NCBI GenBank assembly: GCA_032718475.1
Contig: JAUCBJ010001166.1
Span: 1 to 64,000, forward strand
Direction of reading: 5' to 3'
DNA: 64,000 bases
Source of the DNA: Nemertoderma westbladi
Lineage: Eukaryota; Animalia; Xenacoelomorpha
The position numbers were made by a program, and so were the translations under genes. The notes beneath the pieces are model-generated. The model saw nothing but the letters and a program-made list of their open reading frames with translations, was not told the DNA's origin and did no database searches. Shown one piece after another: positions 1 to 13,893 of the stretch (position 1 is the stretch's first letter; every line of letters begins with the position of its first letter).

Positions 1-73
1 CCCTCCCCTACGGTTTTTTATGTCCCCAATGTGGTTGAAAATGCATAGCCCAATGATATACCAATGAAAAGAG

Positions 74-910
74 CAATGGCGGATTAAGGACATGGCGACC
101 CGGGTGCACTTTTCCACTGCCCCCCTCCCCTCCCCCCACCCCTGTTGCATCTGTGTTATGCATTGCTTATTTTATAAAATTATTGTATTTTAGTATATTA
201 ATTGTTATTGATTTACACCTGTGTAAATAATGCAATGGAACTTTACACTGCATTTTAATAATAACAATAATTATATAATTAATTAATTGGATATTATTAC
301 ATGGGAATTACAATACATTGACTGAGTTTGAGTTAGATATTTATTATAAGTCTCAGTATAATATTGAAAAATCAATCAAAGTTTACTTGAAGTGCGCCTT
401 TCTAGCTTTCCGACTAGCAAAGTCCGCCACAATTTCTTCGAACTCCATTTCGAGCAGCATGTCTCGCTCCATGCTCATCACTGCCAGCATGTTGAGATGC
501 ATCTAGCTCATAACTGACCGCAGCACTGACTTTAATATGCCCAGTTTTGAAAAGTATCAACTTGTTTCTGCCACGACGAGCTGACTGTTTCACTCCATGT
601 TAAAGAAATAGATGTTCTGGAATGAATATTTTGAATATTTATGACATGGGTGATGGGCTAGATATAAATAAGGATAGATAATCGCATTATTATTCCAAAC
701 CATATAGGTAATTTAACAACAAAATGGTTTGTAAGTGGCTTACAGCCTGTATTCCGTTAAAAGTAATGTAATAAATAGTGTAGAAAATAATGTATTTTAT
801 ACATTATGCCTGCGGCACCTTGGCAACAAAAAGCACCTGGCGGCCCCTTGGCGGCGGCGGCCCGGGTGCACCTGCCCTGCACCCATTGCACCCCCCTTAT
901 TACGCCCCTG
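74..910 (-). mobile_element. Internally deleted, non-autonomous hAT DNA transposon with 8-bp TSD
   Basis: Termini CAATGGCGGATTAAG (74) and, on the reverse strand, CAGGGGCGTAATAAG (910). Exact 8-bp flanking duplication GAAAAGAG at 66-73 and 911-918. Minus strand ~555-385 translates FSKLGILKSVLRSVMS*MHLNMLAVMSMERDMLLEMEFEEIVADFASRKARK, a hAT C-terminal dimerisation-domain remnant. Confidence 0.88.
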
Positions 911-2017
911 GAAAAGAGGAACCATATACCAATGAAAAATAAACGAAAATTAAATTTGTCAAAAATTTTGGCGCTGCAGCCTGCACGATATTTTAAAAAT
1001 TTCACTAAAAACATCACTCCTATAGTTTTCATTCTAAAAAAATGCATTTTCACTATATTTTTGGAACTAGCATGTTTATTTCCATATAATATATCGCAAA
1101 TATATTAATAAACGGTTATGAAATGGCGGAATAGTTGTGTTTTTTTGGGTGAAAAACTGTCATTCCTAATGTCAGTTCAAACCTTCCCGCACAATACTGC
1201 CCGTCTGGGCTCCGGTTGGTTAATAAATGTCTGTCACGAAGGAAGCACTCCACCGAGCTAAATTTGATGAACTTTAATCTGTTTGTCTGTTGGTTCTGTC
1301 TTGTTCTATCAGATTTAAATCCTCATTAAATTTAGCTCTATTGTAGATGCAATAAAAAACATTTCTGAAAAAGTTATGAAATACCGTCCCTAGGGGGCTA
1401 CCCCCCCCCCCCCCTTTTTAAAATAAATTTTAATAGGGGGCCTTCCCTATTAAAATGGCCCCCCACAAACTATATCAGACCCTGATATAGTATCAGTATA
1501 ACACGAAAGTGAATTTTTCATATGGCTCCTGGTAGTGGCATTGCTTAATAATTAATAATACATTTCAATAAAGTACTAATCACGGAATACGGTAAGGAAA
1601 TGCATCTTAGTAGGTTGGCAGTCCATAATTCATATGACATAGTAATCTATTCGTTTAAAATCAATACAACCTAATGCATTATATATTTATCATTTCCCTT
1701 AAAACAATTATCGCATACTATTATGCAAGTGTTATCTGTTTCCTTAGTTTAAATCGAAGGATAGATGGTAGACATACAACAGGAGCCATTGTTCCAAGGA
1801 TATCTTGGGACGATCTAAAGGCGATTAATTCACGAATACAGAATGATATTCAGCAAATGAAGGAAAAGGAACAGCAGAAACTTCGAGCAAAGAAAAGAGT
1901 TGCCTCGTTAGTACATATATATAATATAAATGTTTCCCATTTCATATGAAAAATCATAAAAATAGATTGAGACACTATGATGTCCTCAGAAATAAATACG
2001 AAATTATATTTCGGAAT

Positions 2018-2346
2018 ATATGGGAGTCCATGCTGGGCTCTAACTGCTGAGGACACCAAATCTCTGGATGGCACATTCACAAGAATGCTACGCCGGGTTC
2101 ATTGTGTCAAGTTCAATGCACACATCTCCAACCAGACACTATATAACATTGGAGGTGTCTCATTGGTTCCCCCAAGCTTGACACTAGAACAAAGTCGCCT
2201 CTTGCTCGGACATTGCTTTCGCCGTGAGGACCAACCAGTGCATAATCTTGTGATTTGGCAGAATAAGCGTGGTGGACAGCCCGCACAGCATTCTTAAAAA
2301 TGCAGCTACAATGCAGCATTCCGATCCTAGTAGTAGTAGTAGTAGA
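2018..2346 (+). mobile_element. 5'-truncated RTE-clade LINE, 3' end (same family as 13894-15409)
   Basis: Translates YGSPCWALTAEDTKSLDGTFTRMLRRVHCVK...PAQHS, nearly identical to the end of the 492-aa RTE ORF. Same 3' UTR (AAATGCAGCT...CCGATCC) followed by a (TAG)n tail. Confidence 0.92.
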
Positions 2347-2618
2347 AGACATGGCCTTTCGATGTGTTGACATGGCCTTTCGAAGTGTGGACTATTTCGA
2401 AATGTTGACTATTTCGTAATGTAGATTATTTTGAAGTGTTGCGTTGACCATGACCCCTTAGCACCACCACCAAACTTAAGTCATCTCGACGACCCCTAAT
2501 CACAGTAAGCTCGAACACAAGAGTGAGAGCTCTTAACATTCAAATCTGCGCCAAAGTGAACCCATGTTGCGTCATCATAACATATTGTATTTGTTACTGT
2601 ATACCATTAATGTTTCAG

Positions 2619-3003
2619 GATTCGTGTGGATTTTAATAATGATGTGGCAGGACCTTCTACTAGTAGAGTTACAAATGTTCCCAAAATTACAACAGAAGAC
2701 TTTGATCGACCACGGGCAGGTCGAAAACGTTTCAAAGAAATTATACATAAAGTGGTGGAAGATTATAAAAACAACGAAAAACATAATGCGAGTGGGTCGC
2801 GAAAGGAAGAAGGTCATATTGGTTCGGTATTTGATGTGGTAAAGAAGATGGGGTATGCTAGATTGGAGGACGCCCATGCTGAGCACGAACTCAAACGTCA
2901 GTGGAAGGAAGTTAGGAAATGCCGGTATCTTAGGGGCTATGATCCACCCGATATGCGGATGCCAAGTAACGATAATTTATTGAAATTTGTATTTGGGAAA
3001 TAA
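2619..3003 (+). other. Possible terminal coding exon or TE-derived ORF of unknown identity
   Basis: Acceptor-like TGTTTCAG at 2611-2618, then ~125 open codons of protein-like composition (VAGPSTS...LLKFVFGK*). No recognised motif. Confidence 0.25.
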
Positions 3004-4566
3004 TTACAAAATTACAAGTTTAACTAACAGTATTAGTGACATGATGATCCAAAAAAATGTTCAATTTTTGGAAATAGCCTCACAAACACCACCAGACAAT
3101 CAGAAACATCCAACTAAAAAGGAATGGAGTCATCTGAAAGTCAAGTTCTAGATCTAGTCAACTCAATTCATCACAAACAAACCCACAAGGGAAACAATAC
3201 AATTAAATAAAACTGAAACTCATGAACCTTGGTTGGTTTACCTTGCAGTTTATTTAGTGCTCCTGGTTATTATAAAAATTCGGAGATATTATGATGGCCA
3301 ATAATTTGTGGTCATTGAGAAAGTTATCTCCAAGAAGGAAAACATTTTCTTTGGATCACCGTGCATATTTAAGTAAATTCAAATAACAACAAAGTCAGTG
3401 AGGTTTACATACAGTTTAGTAGGTGAATATGTTATGCATGCCGAAGACAACAAGTTTGAAAAAGTAGATAATTTTTCTAATAGGGGGAATTTGCAAATCA
3501 AGATGAAAATTCCCGCTGCGCACGGCCTATTCGGATTGCAATAAACTGTTGTGTGATTAAGGTTCAATAAATTCGTCTGAGCGAAGTCCCCACAACGTAT
3601 AATTGAATGTATAATGTAATTATAATTAAATTTGTATATATCCATCATATATGTCTTCCATTCCTTAGATATATATGTTTTTAGGGCTGCAACATACTAA
3701 CTCTAACGCTACTGAGCCAATCCCATTCAAGTAACAAGTAACATCATCATTTTTGTGTTTCGGTAAGACTAGAATTTGGCAAAATTTGCAATTTATAACT
3801 ATAAATCACATCATATGTTAATTCCTGCAATATACACTATACAGGTTTTCTTTCCATATTGAACTCTTTCAAAATTGTTGGATCACTTTGAAAATTTGAT
3901 AATCTCAATCTGATAATTTCATTGACAACAGACGAGATATGAAGTTGTCGCAACCCCCCCCCCCCCCCCCTATCTTTTCGCGGGTATGACTACAACTGTG
4001 GAAACCCTTGCCCCTTGCCCTTGCCCCTGTACATGTTCTGGTAGTCAGGTACTACATTGTTTATATATTAATAATTGTATGTGGGATAGAAAATGTGGAC
4101 AATAGTGCTTATTTCTGAGGTAGCAACATGTGGTAATTATGCTAATTAGATTTGGTATGATTTAGCGTTACTCCCTGTGTTACTGTGTATCGTCAAAGAG
4201 ATCTGAATAACCCGTAACAGCAACACAATGCTAATGAGGTTATTTTCTGAAGCTAATTGCTCTCAGATTTCCTTATCCAGGTATTTATCACATGCCATGG
4301 TAATATATGTTAATATGCACTAATGGTTTGAATAATCGAATTAATTTTCTTGAAATGATTCATTTGTTGACTATTCCTGAAAACAATGGTCTATATGAGT
4401 TAATGAGTTTATGTGTAAATTATTTATTGTTTAAATCTGTTGAAATTTCAAGGTGATTCTTATGAATTCCCCAGCAGAAATGAAATATCATTACGAACCA
4501 CTACGAAATCCATATAATTTTTGATAATCATTCATTCGGATTACATAAGGACAACTATCATGAACC

Positions 4567-7500
4567 GTGTGAGACCAAGTGGGAGCACTTCAATATGTGA
4601 GACGAAGCGGGTGCACCTTAATGGTGTGAGACGAAGCGGGTGCACTTCAATAGTGTGAGACGAAGCGGGTGCACTTCAATAGTGTAAGACGAAGCGGGTA
4701 CACTTCAATGGAGTGAGACGAAGCGGGTGAATTTCAATAGTGTGAGACGAAGCGGGTGCATTTCAATAGTGTGAGACGAAGCGGGTGCATTTCAATAGTG
4801 TCAGACGAAGCGGGTGCACTTCAATGGAGTGAGACGAAGCGGATGCACTTCAATAGTGTGAGACAAAGTGGGTGCACTTCAATAGTGTGAGAAGAAGCGG
4901 GTGCACTTCAATGGAGTGAGAAGAAGCGGGTGCATTTCAATAGTGTGAGACGAAGCGGGTGCACTTCAATGGAGTGAGACGAAGCGGGTGCATTTCAATG
5001 GAGTGAGACGAAGCATGTGAAATTCAATGGAGTGAGACGAAGCGGGTGCACTTCAATAGTGTGAGACGAAGCGGGTGCACTTCAATAGTGTGAGAAGAAG
5101 CAGGTGCACTTCAATGGAGTGAGACGAAGCGGGTGCACTTCAATGGAGTGAGACGAAGCGGGTGCACTTCAATAGTGTGAGAAGAAGCAGGTGCACTTCA
5201 ATTGAGTGAGACGAAGCGGGTGCACTTCAATGGAGTGAGACGAAGCGGGTGAACTTCAATGGAGTGAGACGAAGCGGGTGCATTTCAATAGTGTGAGACG
5301 AAGCGGGTGCACTTCAATTGATTGAGACGAAGTGGGTGCATTTCAATAGTGTGAGACGAAGCGGGTGTACTTCAATAGTGTGGGACGAAGCGGGTGCACT
5401 TCAATGGAGTGAGACGAAGCGGGTGCACTTCAATGGAGTGAGACGAAGCGGGTGAACTTCAATGGAGTGAGACGAAGCGGGTGCATTTCAATAGTGTGAG
5501 ACGAAGCGGGTGCACTTCAATTGATTGAGACGAAGTGGGTGCATTTCAATAGTGGGAGACGAAGCAGGTGTACTTCAATAGTGTGGGACGAAGCGGGTGC
5601 ACTTCAATGGAGTGAGACGACGCGGGTGCACTTCAATGGAGTGAGACGAAGCGTGTGAACTTCAATGGAGTGAGACGAAGCAGGTGTACTTCAATAGTGT
5701 GGGACGAAACGGGTGCACTTCAATGGAGTGAGACGAAGCGGGTGCACTTCAATAGCGTGAGACGAAGCGGGTGCACTTCAATGGAGTGAGACGAAGCGGG
5801 TGCACTTCAATGGAGTGAGACGAAGCGGGTGAACTTCAATGGAGTGAGACGAAGCAGGTGTACTTCAATAGTGTGGGACGAAACGGGTGCACTTCAATGG
5901 AGTGAGACGAAGCGGGTGCACTTCAATAGCGTGAGAAGAAGCAGGTGCACTTCAATGGAGTGAGACGAAGCGGGTGCACTTCAATAGTGTAAGACGAAGC
6001 GGGTACACTTCAATGGAGTGAGACGAAGCGGGTGAATTTCAATAGTGTGAGACGAAGCGGGTGCATTTCAATAGTGTGAGACGAAGCGGGTGCATTTCAA
6101 TAGTGTCAGACGAAGCGGGTGCACTTCAATGGAGTGAGACGAAGCGGGTGCACTTCAATGGTGAGAGAAGCGGTGCACTTCAATGAGTGAGACGAAGCGG
6201 GTGCACTTCAATGGAGTGAGACGAAGCGGGTGCACTTCAATGGAGTGAGACGAAGCGGGTGCACTTCAATAGTGTAAGACGAAGCGGGTACACTTCAATG
6301 GAGTGAGACGAAGCGGGTGAATTTCAATAGTGTGAGACGAAGCGGGTGCATTTCAATAGTGTGAGACGAAGCGGGTGCATTTCAATAGTGTCAGACGAAG
6401 CGGGTGCACTTCAATGGAGTGAGACGAAGCGGATGCACTTCAATAGTGTGAGACGACGCGGGTGCACTTCAATAGAGTGAGACGAAGCGGGTGCATTTCA
6501 ATAGTGTGAGACGAAGCGGGTGCACTTCAATTGATTGAGACGAAGTGGGTGCATTTCAATAGTGTGAGACGAAGCGGGTGCACTTCAATTGATTGAGACG
6601 AAGTGGATGCATTTCAATAGTGTGAGACGAAGCGGGTGCACTTCAATGGAGTGAGACGAAGCGTGTGCATTTCAATGCAGTGAGACGAAGCGGGTGCACT
6701 TCAATAGAGTGAGACGAAGCGGATGCACTTCAATAGTGTGAGAAGAAGCGGGTGCATTTCAATGGAGTGAGACGAAGCGGGTGTACTTCAATGGAGTGAG
6801 ACGAAGCGGGTGCATTTCAATAGTGTGAGACGAAGCGGGTGCACTTCAATTGATTGAGACGAAGTGGGTGCATTTCAATAGTGTGAGACGAAGCGGGTGC
6901 ACTTCAATAGTGTGAGACGAAGTGGGTGCATTTCAATAGTGTGAGACGAAGCGGGTGCACTTCAATGGTGTGAGACGAAGCGTGTGCATTTCAATGGGGT
7001 GAGACGAAGCGGGTGCATTTCAATGCAGTGAGACGAAGCGGGTGCACTTCAATAGAGTGAGATGAAGCGGATGCACTTCAATAGTGTGAGAAGAAGCGGG
7101 TGCACTTCAATAGTGTGAGAAGAAGCAGGTGCACTTCAATGGAGTGAGACGAAGCGGGTGTACTTCAATGGAGTGAGATGAAGCGGGTGCATTTCAATAG
7201 TGTGAGACGAAGCGGGTGCACTTCAATGGAGTGAGACGAAGCGTGTGCATTTCAATGGAGTGAGACGAAGCGGGTACATTTCAATGCAGTGAGACGAAGC
7301 GGGTGCACTTCAATAGAGTGAGACGAAGCGAATGCACTTGAATTGTGTGAGACGAAGCGGATGCACTTCAATAGTGTGAGAAGAAGCGGGTGCACTTCAA
7401 TAGTGTAAGACGAAGCGGGTGCACTTCAATGGAGTGAGACGAAGCGGGTGCATTTCAGTAGAGTGAGACGAAACGGGTGCACTTCAATAGAGTGAGACGA

Positions 7501-10500
7501 AGCGGGTGCACTTCAACGGAGTGAGACGAAGCGGGTGCACTTCAATAGTGTGAGACGAAGCGGGTGCACTTCAATAGTGTAAGACGAAGCGGGTGCACTT
7601 CAATAGTGTGAGACGAAGCGGGTGCACTTCAACGGAGTGAGACGAAGCGGGTGCACTTCAATAGTGTGAGACGAAGCGGGTGCACTTCAATAGTGTAAGA
7701 CGAAGCGGGTGCACTTCAATAGAGTGAGACGAAGCGAATGCACTTGAATTGTGTGAGACGAAGCGGATGCACTTCAATAGTGTGAGAAGAAGCGGGTGCA
7801 CTTCAATAGTGTAAGACGAAGCGGGTGCACTTCAATGGAGTGAGACGAAGCGGGTGCATTTCAGTAGAGTGAGACGAAACGGGTGCACTTCAATAGAGTG
7901 AGACGAAGCGGGTGCACTTCAACGGAGTGAGACGAAGCGGGTGCACTTCAATAGTGTGAGACGAAGCGGGTGCACTTCAATAGTGTAAGACGAAGCGGGT
8001 GCACTTCAATAGTGTGAGACGAAGCGGGTGCACTTCAACGGAGTGAGACGAAGCGGGTGCACTTCAATAGTGTGAGACGAAGCGGGTGCACTTCAACGGA
8101 GTGAGACGAAGCGGGTGCACTTCAACGGAGTGAGACGAAGCGGGTGCACTTCAATAGTGTGAGACGAAGCGGGTGCACTTCAACGGAGTGAGACGAAGCG
8201 GGTGCACTTCAATAGTGTGAGACGAAGCGGGTGCACTTCAATAGTGTGAGACGAAGCGGGTGCACTTCAACGGAGTGAGACGAAGCGGGTGCACTTCAAT
8301 AGTGTGAGACGAAGCGGGTGCACTTCAATAGTGTGAGACGAAGCGGGTGCACTTCAATAGTGTGAGACGAAGCGGGTGCACTTCAACGGAGTGAGACGAA
8401 GCGGGTGCACTTCAACGGAGTGAGACGAAGCGGGTGCACTTCAATAGTGTGAGACGAAGCGGGTGCACTTCAATAGTGTGAGACGAAGCGGGTGCACTTC
8501 AACGGAGTGAGACGAAGCGGGTGCACTTCAACGGAGTGAGACGAAGCGGGTGCACTTCAATAGTGTGAGACGAAGCGGGTGCACTTCAACGGAGTGAGAC
8601 GAAGCGGGTGCACTTCAATAGTGTGAGACGAAGCGGGTGCACTTCAACGGAGTGAGACGAAGCGGGTGCACTTCAACGGAGTGAGACGAAGCGGGTGCAC
8701 TTCAATAGTGTGAGACGAAGCGGGTGCACTTCAATAGTGTAAGACGAAGCGGGTGCACTTCAATAGTGTGAGACGAAGCGGGTGCACTTCAACGGAGTGA
8801 GACGAAGCGGGTGCACTTCAATAGTGTGAGACGAAGCGGGTGCACTTCAATAGTGTAAGACGAAGCGGGTGCACTTCAATAGAGTGAGACGAAGCGAATG
8901 CACTTGAATTGTGTGAGACGAAGCGGATGCACTTCAATAGTGTGAGAAGAAGCAGGTGCACTTCAATGGAGTGAGACGAAGCGGGTGTACTTCAATGGAG
9001 TGAGATGAAGCGGGTGCATTTCAATAGTGTGAGACGAAGCGGGTGCACTTCAATGGAGTGAGACGAAGCGTGTGCATTTCAATGGAGTGAGACGAAGCGG
9101 GTACATTTCAATGCAGTGAGACGAAGCGGGTGCACTTCAATAGAGTGAGACGAAGCGAATGCACTTGAATTGTGTGAGACGAAGCGGGTGCACTTCAATA
9201 GTGTGAGACGAAGCGGGTGCATTTCAATAGTGTAAGACGAAGCGGGTGCACTTCAATGGAGTGAGACGAAGCGGGTGCACTTCAATGGAGTGAGACGAAG
9301 CGGGTGCATTTCAATAGAGTGAGACGAAACGGGTGCACTTCAATAGAGTGAGACGAAGCGGGTGCACTTCAACGGAGTGAGACGAAGCGGGTGCACTTCA
9401 ATAGTGTGAGACGAAGCGGGTGCACTTCAACGGAGTGAGACGAAGCGGGTGCACTTCAATAGTGTGAGACGAAGCGGGTGCACTTCAATAGTGTAAGACG
9501 AAGCGGGTGCATTTCAATAGTGTGAGACGAAGCGGGTGCACTTCAATAGAGTGAGACGAAGCGAATGCACTTCAATAGTGCAAGACGAAGCGGGTGCACT
9601 TCAATGGAGTGAGACGAAGCGGGTGCATTTCAATAGAGTGAGACGAAACGGGTGCACTTCAATAGAGTGAGACGAAGCGGGTGCACTTCAATAGTGTGAG
9701 ACGAAGCGGGTGCATTTCAATAGTGTGAGACGAAGCGGGTGCATTTCAATAGTGTGAGACGAAGCGGGTGCATTTCAATAGAGTGAGACGAAGCGGGTGC
9801 ACTTCAATGGAGTGAGACGAAGCGAATGCACTTCAATAGTGCAAGACGAAGCGGGTGCACTTCAATGGAGTGAGACGAAGCGGGTGCATTTCAATAGAGT
9901 GAGACGAAGCGGGTGCACTTCAATAGAGTGAGACGAAGCGGGTGCACTTCAATAGTGTGAGACGAAGCGGGTGCATTTCAATAGTGTGAGACGAAGCGGG
10001 TGCATTTCAATAGAGTGAGACGAAGCGGGTGCACTTCAATAGAGTGAGACGAAGCGGGTGCACTTCAACGGAGTGAGACGAAGCGGGTGCACTTCAATAG
10101 TGTGAGACGAAGCGGGTGCACTTCAATAGTGTGAGACGAAGCGGGTGCATTTCAATAGTGTGAGACGAAGCGGGTGCACTTCAATAGAGTGAGACGAAGC
10201 GAATGCACTTCAATAGTGCAAGACGAAGCGGGTGCACTTCAATGGAGTGAGACGAAGCGGGTGCATTTCAATAGAGTGAGACGAAACGGGTGCACTTCAA
10301 TAGAGTGAGACGAAGCGGGTGCACTTCAATAGTGTGAGACGAAACGGGTGCACTTCAATAGAGTGAGACGAAGCGGGTGCACTTCAACGGAGTGAGACGA
10401 AGCGGGTGCACTTCAATAGTGTGAGACGAAGCGGGTGCACTTCAACGGAGTGAGACGAAGCGGGTGCACTTCAATAGTGTGAGACGAAGCGGGTGCACTT

Positions 10501-10865
10501 CAATAGTGTAAGACGAAGCGGGTGCACTTCAATGGTGTGAGACGAAGCGGGTGCACTTCAATAGTGTGAGACGAAGCGGGTGCACTTCAATAGTGTGAGA
10601 CGAAGCGGGTGCACTTCAATGGAGTGAGACGAAGCGGGTGCACTTCAATGGAGTGAGACGAAGCGGGTGCACTTCAATAGAGTGAGACGAAGCGGGTGCA
10701 CTTCAATAGTGTGAGACGAAGCGGGTGCATTTCAATAGTGTGAGACGAAGCGGGTGCATTTCAATAGAGTGAGACGAAGCGGGTGCACTTCAATAGAGTG
10801 AGACGAAGCGGGTGCACTTCAACGGAGTGAGACGAAGCGGGTGCACTTCAATGGAGTGAGACGAA
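4567..10865. repeat. 6.3-kb tandem satellite, 29-bp unit, about 217 copies
   Basis: Consensus GAGACGAAGCGGGTGCACTTCAA(TAGTGT/TGGAGT/CGGAGT/TAGAGT). 29-bp period read directly (e.g. 8161 and 8190). Head-to-tail with no spacers. Confidence 0.98.
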
Positions 10866-10874
10866 CAAGTGAGT

Positions 10875-12330
10875 ACAGACAACTACGGACCGGAAAATTG
10901 CGACTCGGACAATTGCTACTTGGACAAATCTCAGCCTAACAAATTGCTACCCGGACAATTCAGTACCATCAAGTTTAATACATATAGTTATTTTGTGCGT
11001 CGGTATTGTCCAGATACAGAAATGGACAATTCCGACCTAAGATATTTATATTAATTATTCTCATTTTATTAACTGTATTATATACGACATTCTAAAATAC
11101 TGTAGCTATATTTAACATATGTAGTGAGCGGTTCGAACTACATTATTCGCAATTATATATTCTGTAATACTGTCACGGTATTAGCTGGGTCGTGGAGTTT
11201 TACTAAGGCTGGATACCGAGCGGGGGGGGGGGGGGGGGGGGGGGGTGGTCTCCGAGATTAGGGGGCCTGTATTTACTGTTGTAGGAGACAATTGACGGTT
11301 CCTGACCTTGACTTTGGGGAACACCTGACTTTGGGAACTTGTCTTTTCTTCCATGTATAATAATAACAATATATCACAGGTAACAGACAGTTCAGGACAG
11401 ACAGATCAGTAATGGCTCAAAGTCTGGGAGCAATGTGATGCAGAAAGAACCCTGGGTCTAAATCGGTACCAATCATACGGCTATGACACTAAAGTGTAAC
11501 CTACATCATAAAAACTAGAGAGAGTGTAATTGATTTATCCTGATTGGTCTGGGTAGGTAGTCTGCTATTGGTTCTTCTGCTGGCAATAAGTTTAGTTAGA
11601 GGACAGCAGATTGGATGCGTTGCGTTTGTTTGCTGTTGCTAATAAGGTGACTCCCTCTCCCCTGATTGTAGTAACACAATATTGGGGATGTTACCACTGT
11701 AGTTATCTACACACAATACAATATGGGGAGTGACTTAATGGTTCCCCGTAGGTTGTATGTACACTCATCCAACAATATAATAATGAATACAATAATTCTA
11801 CTGTAGTAAATTCGTAGATTGCGCAGTCACATGCTACTAATTTATTATGAGTCGCAAGGCTTTCTGTTTGTCAGCTTGATCTTTGTAGCTGACAAACAGG
11901 GGGGTTAATTGCTTGCCGTTTTTAGCTATCGGCTGATAAAGGTGACATATTGGTTTTTGGATGCCGAAGTGCTCTCAGGGTTAAATCCCATAACAAATAC
12001 TTACAAATTAAAATTAATAATTGTTGAACTATTATTCTAGAAATTAGCATAAGTACATTGTTAACACGTTAGTAATTTTTTGCTATCTATTGATATAGCG
12101 AACTACAACTGTCATTTCTACCATTAGAATGTGACTTTTTATTTGGACCGCATTTGTAAATTGCTTAATTGATCCACAATTTTCGAAATTGTGATATGAT
12201 TTAAAATTTTGGATCTGGGCAATCCGTCAATTGTCCATAAATTTCGACCTATTTCTACATTTAATGTTTTATTCATAGGTCGAAAATGTCCGGGTCGGAA
12301 TGGAATGCGTCGGATTTCTCCTAACTTCAC
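10875..12330. mobile_element. Probable MULE/foldback-type MITE with short subterminal repeats, interrupted by an LTR-like insert
   Basis: GGACAA(T)-type short repeats at 10880-11035 and complementary TTGTCC/ATGTCCGG repeats at 12225-12320. Confidence 0.4.
11171..11774 (-). mobile_element. Candidate solo LTR
   Basis: Minus strand reads TGTTGG...GTGACA (TG..CA ends) over about 600 bp. Flanks ATAT/GTAT match at 3 of 4 bases; no internal ORF. Confidence 0.35.
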
Positions 12331-13893
12331 CTCAAACGATGTTCGGAGCTTGTTAGTGAGGTGTTGTTTCTAAGTCCATGGTGTTCCAACCAGACCAAGG
12401 CCAATAGTTGAAAGGTTTAGATTTTTTTATTTTTTTTTTATTTTGATTTTCTGTATGGATAGTCTATTTTTTCTAGATACACTCCGAGCGGAGTAAATTT
12501 AACAATAATATATAAATTTAATCGCATTAGTAAGATATACATTTAAATACAAGAAGGATTGGATTTGATGCGGATCAGCTGGGATCGTACTTAGTGATAA
12601 CACTCACTACCTTGGTTTTATCTTGTTGTGCTCTTCATGGGTATATATTTTTTTTTACTTTTTTTTTTATCAAGAGTTGTTTTCATATAATATTATAGTT
12701 TTTTTATCAGTACATGTGTATGACCATTTTATTATGATCTTTTAATAAAGAATATAGCCACCGGGGCGTAAGCCGGGAATGATTGAAATGAATGAATATG
12801 GGAGTCCATGCTGGGCTCTTGAATTATTTTTATGCTATTAAATAATAATTTACATAATAATAAGACATTTCGCCAAGCAATTATGTCAAGTAAATTATTA
12901 TGGGGCAGTGAGTTGTGATAGGTGACTTATTAAGTAATGTGTTTAACATGGTACATTCTTCTGAGATAATTCCATCAACCGCAAATAATTGAGGAGCACA
13001 GTAAGCCACAGCAATGTAATAATAAAATTAGGACCTTCATGAAACTAAGTTTAAATAGCACCGCCATTAATCACAGTCAATTATCATCAAAACCCTTGGA
13101 ATAAATTATACCCTCAAAAATTAGACATTCCATCACCATTGTATAATTTGTAAATACTAAGAATAGTGACGGGCGTAGCGGCCCGGTAAGGAGCCCTTTT
13201 ATTCAGATGTAGTATACAGTACTCCAGAATTTAACTTGCTGTTGAGTTGGGTACAGGTTACAAATCTGAGCAGCAGTTACGAATTGTAGTTCCCAGTTAC
13301 AAATTTTAGATAACAGTTATGATATAATTGGAATATCATGTTTCAAATCTTAGATTCTAGTTACTAATTTGAGTACCTGGTAACGAATCTGTGTCCACCA
13401 CCCATGCTGGTGGAAAATGGAGGTAGACAGTGAAGACATCGAGGATGCCCACAATATGGAAGAATTGGTGGGTAGAGAAGATATTAATAATGACAACAAT
13501 GATGTGGAAGAGGTGGCTATTGAAAGCTGTTGCATCTGTTGGCAAAGGAGCCAGTATGTGAAATTGGTGGGAAGCAAACTTTCTGATTTTTATGGGTTTG
13601 TCCCCTCTACATCCCATTCAGTTGCAGTTAATTATTGCAGCAAATTACTAGCCTTCTGACTCAAAGTAAACACCCACATAGACCACACACAGCCCACACA
13701 GCCATGTGAATAATACCTGTTTTTCACTTTACGGTCGGAATTTGATTGAAAAATGAAGCAATTTTGTATATTTTCAAATTTCTCCTTATCAAGATGTGCT
13801 TTATATAATGCTTATTTCTATCTTATAATCCTAGCCAATGTATTATTTAAATTTCATTGTCAATGGAACTGGTAGGGATACCTTCCGCACTAC

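Noticed and set aside
4567-10865. 29-bp repeat with dyad symmetry as a CRISPR array
   Set aside because: Units are head-to-tail with no unique spacers, there are no cas genes, and the context is eukaryotic.
11222-11247. Long G/C homopolymers (also 1400, 3955, 20640, 31065, 33136) as G-quadruplex elements
   Set aside because: Common in TE termini here, and homopolymer lengths are unreliable; no further support.
13417-13659. Acidic ORF with CCICW (RING-like start)
   Set aside because: Only the first Cys pair is present and there is no clear exon structure; probably a TE remnant that cannot be assigned.
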